From a virus (Duplodnaviria; Caudoviricetes): DNA of 28,096 bases. The stretch covers positions 1 to 28,096 of IMG/VR virus record IMGVR_UViG_3300037419_000689, one strand, 5' to 3'. The translations under genes were made by a program, and so were the position numbers. Position 1 is the first letter of the stretch. The number at the start of each line of letters is the position of its first letter. Below, one piece after another: positions 1 to 5,140 of this stretch. A model generated the notes under the pieces. The model was not told where the DNA came from and ran no database searches. It worked only from the letters and a program-made list of their open reading frames with translations.

Positions 1-2
1 GA

Positions 3-128
3 ATGATGGATTTTGTATGGTTTCTGTTAGGTGGAGCGTGTGGAGTAGCAATGATGGCGATTATGTCAATTAACGCTTATAACGCGGGTTACTATGACGG
101 GCAAGAGGACCTAGACGAAAAGCAATAG
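3..128 (+). CDS. Small membrane protein, 41 aa (MMDFVWFLLGGACGVAMMAIMSINAYNAGYYDGQEDLDEKQ); not in ORF track
   Basis: ATG at 3 to TAG at 126-128 translated by hand; hydrophobic N-half and charged tail; RBS lies outside the window. Confidence 0.6.
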   Translation: MMDFVWFLLGGACGVAMMAIMSINAYNAGYYDGQEDLDEKQ

Positions 129-164
129 TTGACCTAAATTTAGACGTAATTAGAAGGTGAAAAA

Positions 165-560
165 ATGGAAACGCCTGTATTTACAAAGCGTGAACCAAGG
201 CCATACGACTATCAAGAAATGACTTGGGGGAAGTTCATTCGCTTGCGTGAATGGGCTAAGAAAACATCAAAAGAATTAGGCTATCCTATTTATCTTGTCG
301 GTTCTACGCTTCAAAAAGAAGTACCTAGAGACTTTGATGTAGTAATGACTATACCTGAAAAAGAGTTTGAGGAAAGATTCGGAAAGCTTGCAGAATCTAA
401 CTTTGGAGAGATTCTTGTGAAATCTTTCAATGCTTATGTCAAAGAGTATTTTGATTGCGAAGAAACGCTTGGAAGATGTGGTCACGTTCCATTGGATTTT
501 AAAGTTTATCCTGACAATTGGTTTCCTCATGAGGATAGATTATTGCTTGGTAAACCATAA
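165..560 (+). CDS. Minimal Pol-beta-superfamily nucleotidyltransferase-like protein
   Basis: IYLVGS...RDFDVV matches hG[GS]x(n)DxD, third Asp in PLDFKV; RBS AGGTGA upstream. Confidence 0.65.
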   Translation: METPVFTKREPRPYDYQEMTWGKFIRLREWAKKTSKELGYPIYLVGSTLQKEVPRDFDVVMTIPEKEFEERFGKLAESNFGEILVKSFNAYVKEYFDCEETLGRCGHVPLDFKVYPDNWFPHEDRLLLGKP

Positions 561-583
561 TCAGTTACGACTAAGTTCGGATA

Positions 584-627
584 AAAAGCGAAAGAAGGAA
601 CCTAAGACTATCTTAGGTCCTCTTTTG
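584..627. terminator. Probable bidirectional intrinsic terminator between convergent genes
   Basis: Stem ACCTAAGA/TCTTAGGT with A-rich left flank and CTTTT right flank, at the junction of + and - strand genes. Confidence 0.55.
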
Positions 628-1213
628 TTAGGACTAATAATTCTAATCCTGGATTCTTTTCCATTAGTTGATGCTTGCGGGAGTCCTTTGTAACGTAGAA
701 TAAGATAACCGGAAACTTCCCGCCGTTGTACATCTGCCACATGTTCGTGTCCCGAAAGCGTTTGTACTTGTTTAGCTTCTCTATGTTCACGTTTAGTTTC
801 TGCATACGGTCCACTTCCAGGAAGTACTGCGTTCCATTCACTTCAAATACAGCGTCCGGCACAATCGTAAATTCTTTTGTAGGAACAGGGTAGTCATTCT
901 GCCATTTCCTCGGGCATCTGTAATGAATGTAAATGTCGTTCCGCATAATGGTATGGAGATAGTTTGGCGTTTTCGTTATAACTTTTTGGCAGCCAACTAA
1001 CTCCCTCCCTCTTTTGTTCAGGTAGTATATGTTTTCAATGTCCCTGAAATGGTTGGTATAATCCTCTAAGTTCTTCAGTACCCTCGTCGCATTCCGGTTG
1101 CTCCCCAAATTGTGAATCGCTTGTAGTTGTGATCGTGTTGCCATGTCCAGCATCGCCAATGTGTTGAGGATGGCGTAGTCCCTCTCCGCTTTCTTCTGTA
1201 CTTGCGTCACCAT
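608..1213 (-). CDS. Replication-relaxation (Replic_Relax) family protein: N-terminal wHTH plus PD-(D/E)xK-like nuclease
   Basis: wHTH-like N-terminus (AILNTL..ATRSQL..IYYLNKRG), HTIMRND motif, IVPDAVF...YFLEVDR catalytic motif; RBS AGGAGG; adjacent to FtsK gene as in Bacillus phages and plasmids. Confidence 0.85.
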   Translation of the reverse strand: MVTQVQKKAERDYAILNTLAMLDMATRSQLQAIHNLGSNRNATRVLKNLEDYTNHFRDIENIYYLNKRGRELVGCQKVITKTPNYLHTIMRNDIYIHYRCPRKWQNDYPVPTKEFTIVPDAVFEVNGTQYFLEVDRMQKLNVNIEKLNKYKRFRDTNMWQMYNGGKFPVILFYVTKDSRKHQLMEKNPGLELLVLTKEDLR

Positions 1214-2390
1214 CTAAAATCAAACCCTCCTGAATAAATGGTTTTATCCATTCATCAATTTTATCGTTTTTGATAATGGGAACCTGTATTAGTTTCTTTA
1301 GGTCTGCTTTGTAAATCGCCCGTCCCCGCATCCCATAGCCTATTTCTTCGGCCCCGCTTTCATCTAAAATGACATTGGAAGCGGTAGAAGTGGGCAACCT
1401 AAAACTAATCCTAGCATCCGAGTTTTGCTTCACTTGCCGCGGTAAAATATCGCCTGTTGGATACTGCGAACACATGATAAGCGAGTAGCCTAGCTGTCCA
1501 GCGACTTGTGCGATAAACTCCAAAATGGTTTTGCACTCCCCACGAACCTGATCCGACTTCGACTGAGGGGCTAACACACTCGCTTCATCAATGACGATAA
1601 TTTCCCTGTCGATTTTCTCGCCTGCTTTCCACGCTTCCCCGATGTTCTCGTATCCTTTTTCAGCGAAATACATCATGCGTTTTTTGATATCGTTACGGAG
1701 ATTCTTTAGGTTCTTCAGTGATTCTATTTCATCTGTAGCCACTTTATACACCTGTGGCAGTTTCTTAAATCGGTTAAAAGCTAAACCACCCTTCAAGTCG
1801 AACAGGTGGAACTTCAGGCCATAGCGACGCTTCAAAACTAACTGCGTAATGATTAGTTTCATAATGACGGACTTCCCATACTTGGTCATGCCGCCGATAA
1901 TCATGTGGGGCGTATCATTAAAGTCATGGAAAACTAGGCCGTCATGGTCCACTCCGATAACTACCCTATACCCGCTACATTGGTTCAGCCATTCAATATC
2001 GTAAGGAATTTCTGTAGATAAACGCTCGTTGTAAATCTTAATAAGGATCACGTTCGCCCCTTTATCCTGAACTAGCACGTCTTTATTCAGCGTTCCCTCC
2101 AGGATTAGGTCAAGGGGTTTCTGTTCCATTAACGAACGATAGGTCATGCCAACAGGCAGTTTATACAGATACCACTCTCCCCAATCCTTTACACCTTTTT
2201 TCATCAGGGTAGGGAATTTAATGGATTTCGGCTGCCCGTCTTTCCCCCTGTCAATGACTGCTATCGTACAATTTTGAAACACTTTTTCAATATAGTTCTT
2301 ACGGCTGTTCCTACCCGACAACTTATTCTGCACATACAGCACCCCTGATGCCGCCGCGCCGAACGCCAAAAATTCCAACAAGACAAACAC
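1035..2390 (-). CDS. FtsK/SpoIIIE-family DNA translocase-like ATPase with one N-terminal TM helix
   Basis: PHMIIGGMTKYGKS (Walker A), FDLKGG, IIVIDEA (Walker B), SQYP, ARISFR, GRAIY. Start may be TTG at 2381, which follows GGGGGTG at good spacing. Confidence 0.9.
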   Translation of the reverse strand: MFVLLEFLAFGAAASGVLYVQNKLSGRNSRKNYIEKVFQNCTIAVIDRGKDGQPKSIKFPTLMKKGVKDWGEWYLYKLPVGMTYRSLMEQKPLDLILEGTLNKDVLVQDKGANVILIKIYNERLSTEIPYDIEWLNQCSGYRVVIGVDHDGLVFHDFNDTPHMIIGGMTKYGKSVIMKLIITQLVLKRRYGLKFHLFDLKGGLAFNRFKKLPQVYKVATDEIESLKNLKNLRNDIKKRMMYFAEKGYENIGEAWKAGEKIDREIIVIDEASVLAPQSKSDQVRGECKTILEFIAQVAGQLGYSLIMCSQYPTGDILPRQVKQNSDARISFRLPTSTASNVILDESGAEEIGYGMRGRAIYKADLKKLIQVPIIKNDKIDEWIKPFIQEGLILDGDASTEESGEGLRHPQHIGDAGHGNTITTTSDSQFGEQPECDEGTEELRGLYQPFQGH

Positions 2391-2503
2391 CCCCGAAATT
2401 TCGGAAAATAATAGTCCCTCTCCAAAAGAACAATCAAAAAATAAGCAATCCCTACAACCACCTAATGTCCACCACTACCGAGCAACCAACCTAGCGAGAA
2501 GAA

Positions 2504-2698
2504 TTATAGGAATGTTCTCGCCGCAGTCACAATCACCTTGAAACAGATATACAATCCATACCCATACACACCTAAATAGGTTAGCTTATTTAATGTTTCT
2601 GCTAAATCTTCTTTCCCTTTTTTGAATAATATTGTCTCCGCAATTCCCGAAGCAATTAGCGTCCCTGAAGCACCTAACAAAGTTGCAAATGTAAACAT
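2504..2698 (-). CDS. 64-aa two-TM membrane protein resembling SpoIIIAC
   Basis: Two hydrophobic helices flanking ETILFKKGKEDLA, ending TFL; RBS GGAGG and TAATG coupling. Family resemblance judged by eye. Confidence 0.6.
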   Translation of the reverse strand: MFTFATLLGASGTLIASGIAETILFKKGKEDLAETLNKLTYLGVYGYGLYICFKVIVTAARTFL

Positions 2699-2907
2699 TA
2701 TTCATCAACCTCCGCATTATCTTTTTGGCATTTCCAAATGATATGGTGAATTAAAAAATTTTGGTATTCCTGGAGTAGAGCAACTATCTCAATAGCCCCA
2801 AGTTCGTTTTGGTCTTTCCATTCATCAACCATTTTTCCGAATGTAGCCATAAGCCCCATTTCCCTTAGTTCTTTAGGTGTTTTCGGTACGTGAGCCATTA
2901 CTCCCAC
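2698..2907 (-). CDS. Hypothetical protein (66-69 aa)
   Basis: Overlaps both neighbours in a tightly coupled operon; alternative ATG at 2898. Confidence 0.7.
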   Translation of the reverse strand: MGVMAHVPKTPKELREMGLMATFGKMVDEWKDQNELGAIEIVALLQEYQNFLIHHIIWKCQKDNAEVDE

Positions 2908-3146
2908 ATCCTATCTATAATTTTGTTTTCAATGTTCTTGTAATAATCAACTCTTGTGGCATCCCATTTATACAAATGATCTAACACGATTTCCTGCTGC
3001 TGTTTCGTCTTTGCTTTATCCGCTAGTTCCCTTAGTTCTGATACATCATACAGCCACCAGGACTTTTCCAGTTGCCGGTACGGGTCCTGTTCTTTGGCTT
3101 GTTTCACGCCTTGAAAGATGGACCATACGAAATCGTTAAAGCCCAT
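2898..3146 (-). CDS. Hypothetical helical protein, first gene of the FtsK/Replic_Relax operon
   Basis: RBS AAAGGGGG before ATG at 3146; 82 aa. Confidence 0.75.
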   Translation of the reverse strand: MGFNDFVWSIFQGVKQAKEQDPYRQLEKSWWLYDVSELRELADKAKTKQQQEIVLDHLYKWDATRVDYYKNIENKIIDRMWE

Positions 3147-3194
3147 GTATAAGAATCCCCCTTTCTGTCTAGGCTAATGCCTATCGGTAGGAAC

Positions 3195-3223
3195 ATTCTA
3201 TGCACGTATTCCGAAGAAGATTC
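3195..3223 (-). promoter_or_regulatory. Putative sigma-E-type (mother-cell sporulation) promoter
   Basis: Minus strand GAATCTT-N14-CATAGAAT, close to the B. subtilis sigma-E consensus (kmATATT-N14-CATAcaaT), about 50 nt upstream of ATG 3146. Confidence 0.45.
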
Positions 3224-3244
3224 CTAAAAGGAGGAAAAATTTTT

Positions 3245-3394
3245 ATGTACGAAACGTATACTTGTCCAAGTTGGGAAACGGAATGGATACCTAAACGGAA
3301 GTCCAGTTATGAATGTGAATTTTGTGGAGTGGAGTTGCAGGATTACGAAGTGTTTTTAGTTGGAGGAAAACCTTATTGTGGATGCTGTAAATAA
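3245..3394 (+). CDS. 49-aa zinc-finger-like protein (CEFC...YCGCC)
   Basis: RBS AAAGGAGG places the start at ATG 3245 rather than 3200; two Cys pairs. Confidence 0.7.
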   Translation: MYETYTCPSWETEWIPKRKSSYECEFCGVELQDYEVFLVGGKPYCGCCK

Positions 3395-3425
3395 AAAAGA
3401 ACCCCTTCTCGCACGAGGGGTTCTT
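3393..3425 (-). terminator. Intrinsic terminator of candidate sRNA B; may also stop the + strand gene
   Basis: Stem AAGAACCCCT/AGGGGTTCTT followed by a T-tract on the minus strand. Confidence 0.8.
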
Positions 3426-3510
3426 CGGAAATACTTGTGCAAGAAGTATTTCCTTCAAAGATTACTTTAGGACAAGCGTCGACTTTGTCGAGGAGTCGAA
3501 TGCATTGGAT
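3393..3510 (-). ncRNA. Candidate small RNA B (~115 nt)
   Basis: Bounded by a sigma-A promoter (3517-3545) and a terminator; internal hairpin GAAATACTT/AAGTATTTC; no RBS-led ORF seen. Confidence 0.6.
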
Positions 3511-3516
3511 ATAGTT

Positions 3517-3545
3517 AATATACCACAGTGTAATGGAAAAAGCAA
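3517..3545 (-). promoter_or_regulatory. Sigma-A promoter for candidate sRNA B
   Basis: TTGCTT-N17-TATATT with TGn extended -10. Confidence 0.65.
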
Positions 3546-3575
3546 GAAAAAAGGGCAGTTAACAGCTGCCCTTTC
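3546..3575 (-). terminator. Intrinsic terminator for the lysis cassette and candidate sRNA A
   Basis: Stem AAAGGGCAG/CTGCCCTTT running into a T-tract on the minus strand. Confidence 0.8.
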
Positions 3576-3638
3576 GTGCATAACTCACGACACTGAATCA
3601 TCATTATCTTTGTGGAGGAAAACGATGAAAATTACCCT
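3546..3638 (-). ncRNA. Candidate small RNA A (~95 nt)
   Basis: Bounded by promoter 3645-3673 and terminator 3546-3575; 5' part reads UUUUCAUCGUUUUCCUCCAC. Confidence 0.5.
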
Positions 3639-3644
3639 ACCTTT

Positions 3645-3673
3645 ATATTACATTATTGGTAGAAACTTGTCTA
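3645..3673 (-). promoter_or_regulatory. Sigma-A promoter for candidate sRNA A, overlapping the holin stop codon
   Basis: TAGACA-N17-TAATAT. Confidence 0.55.
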
Positions 3674-3892
3674 CTTATTTTTTAAATCTTTTAAATAGGC
3701 ATCCGCTTGTCTAGCTTCTCTAGTTACACTATTATTTTTCCACCAAGCCCACAATGAGATAATAAGCGTTACGATCAGGGTTACTTCTTCTTCCCCGATA
3801 ACAGGGAGTTGATTGTATCCCTTAGATACTAAGAAGGTATTAGCCCACGAAAGAACTAACAAGATAGTACGCACGGCTGTCATTTTATCCAC
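3671..3892 (-). CDS. Holin, SPP1 family
   Basis: TAVRTILLVLSWAN..L...G...LP and WAWWKNNSVTREARQAD motifs; RBS GGGAGG favours GTG at 3892 over 3931. Confidence 0.9.
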   Translation of the reverse strand: MDKMTAVRTILLVLSWANTFLVSKGYNQLPVIGEEEVTLIVTLIISLWAWWKNNSVTREARQADAYLKDLKNK

Positions 3893-4832
3893 GGAACAAC
3901 GCCTCCCATGTGTTTTTACCAATGATAGCATCCTGACCTAACCCTCTTGAACGTTGGAAAGCTAACGCGGCATCGGCAGTGTTACGTCCAAATACACCGT
4001 CAATGCCTTGCGGGTCAAAACCTAAACAATAAAGAATAGCCTGTCCCACATTCGTAAGCATACCTTGTGAGCCAATACGGATAACTTTTGCAGCGGCTTT
4101 TGATTTAGGCCCGAATATACCGTCTGCTGTTACGCCGACTTCACGCTGATACGCTTTGACCAATGCTGTTTTAGTTTGCGGCCCGAAATAGCCATCTTCT
4201 GCGATCCCTGTACCGTAATTCACGTTTACCCAATGCTGGATACCGCGGATCGTAGCATCCCCGCTAGGTTTAGGTGGTTCAGGAGCAGGAGCCGGTTGCG
4301 CAACGGAAGCAGGAGCAGGTTGGGATTGTTCTCCTCTTAGGGCTTGTCCAACCTCAGACCTAAACATGTCCATTGTCTTGCCGTGTAGTTTCCACCAATG
4401 AGCAGGGTCCGCATGATTGCTCGCTACCCCTAACTTATACCCCTCATAATGAGCGATAATGTTCTTTTCAGTAAGACCAAACTGGCGACATAGGCCAGCA
4501 TATAATTGAACACCTCTAGGCCATATCTTATCTAGGTACTCCCTGTCGTTGTAGTCCTTTGGTTCGCACCACTCAATACCAATGTGCGTATTGTTTGCTG
4601 CCCCTCCTGCGTGCCATCCCCTATGGTTCCAAGGAAGGTATTGGTAACATTCGTTAGCATCTAGAAAAGCGTGTACACCTTTTTCGATACCGGACTTATT
4701 CCATCTGTCGTACCAAGTAGCTGCCATAACTCCAGGTGTTGCTGTACTATGAACCATTAAACCCTTTACAGTGATCTTTCTTCCCGCTTTGTAACAGTCA
4801 TTTGAAGTCATAAACTTTTGGATGATTTCCAT
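3885..4832 (-). CDS. Endolysin: N-acetylmuramoyl-L-alanine amidase (Amidase_2) with C-terminal PG_binding_1 repeats
   Basis: MVHSTA, WHAG, IGIEWC, IIAH, SNHADP motifs; Pro/Ala linker; repeated DG[YIV]FG..T motifs. Confidence 0.93.
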   Translation of the reverse strand: MEIIQKFMTSNDCYKAGRKITVKGLMVHSTATPGVMAATWYDRWNKSGIEKGVHAFLDANECYQYLPWNHRGWHAGGAANNTHIGIEWCEPKDYNDREYLDKIWPRGVQLYAGLCRQFGLTEKNIIAHYEGYKLGVASNHADPAHWWKLHGKTMDMFRSEVGQALRGEQSQPAPASVAQPAPAPEPPKPSGDATIRGIQHWVNVNYGTGIAEDGYFGPQTKTALVKAYQREVGVTADGIFGPKSKAAAKVIRIGSQGMLTNVGQAILYCLGFDPQGIDGVFGRNTADAALAFQRSRGLGQDAIIGKNTWEALFRG

Positions 4833-5060
4833 TTAAACCCCTCCTTTTATTACCCAAAAAACTAAGCCGATAAGTCCTCCTAGAACTGCGCCAACACCTG
4901 TTGTAATCAAAGCGCCTGTAAAAGCGCGTCTTAACCATTTTGTATCATCACGAATTGATTTTATATCATCTTTAATCCCTTTAACGTCGCGTTCTGTTAC
5001 CGCTAAACGGATTTCCATATCCGACACCTTCTGTTCCAGTTTAGAAACTCTCGCTTCCAT
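4833..5060 (-). CDS. XhlA-like lysis accessory protein
   Basis: N-terminal coiled coil, DDTKWLRR motif, C-terminal TM helix; directly upstream of the endolysin. Confidence 0.8.
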   Translation of the reverse strand: MEARVSKLEQKVSDMEIRLAVTERDVKGIKDDIKSIRDDTKWLRRAFTGALITTGVGAVLGGLIGLVFWVIKGGV

Positions 5061-5075
5061 ACCACCACCGCCAAT

Positions 5076-5116
5076 AAAAAGATAGAATAGTAGCCCATTC
5101 CTACTACTATTCTATC
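5076..5116 (-). terminator. Intrinsic terminator after the structural operon
   Basis: 13-bp perfect stem GATAGAATAGTAG/CTACTATTCTATC followed by TTTTT on the minus strand. Confidence 0.7.
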
Positions 5117-5140
5117 AACCATTGTCAAAATTTACTAGAG

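Noticed and set aside
276-693. ORFs 276..530 (-) and 430..693 (+)
   Set aside because: They overlap the nucleotidyltransferase gene, the terminator and the Replic_Relax gene, and lack an RBS.
1200-1240. Programmed frameshift fusing FtsK to Replic_Relax at G GGT TTG
   Set aside because: The downstream gene is in the +1 frame, has a stop just before its ATG and has its own strong RBS.
2261-2461. 66-aa ORF upstream of and overlapping the FtsK gene
   Set aside because: Weak start context and a 130-nt out-of-frame overlap; treated as non-coding, though not fully excluded.
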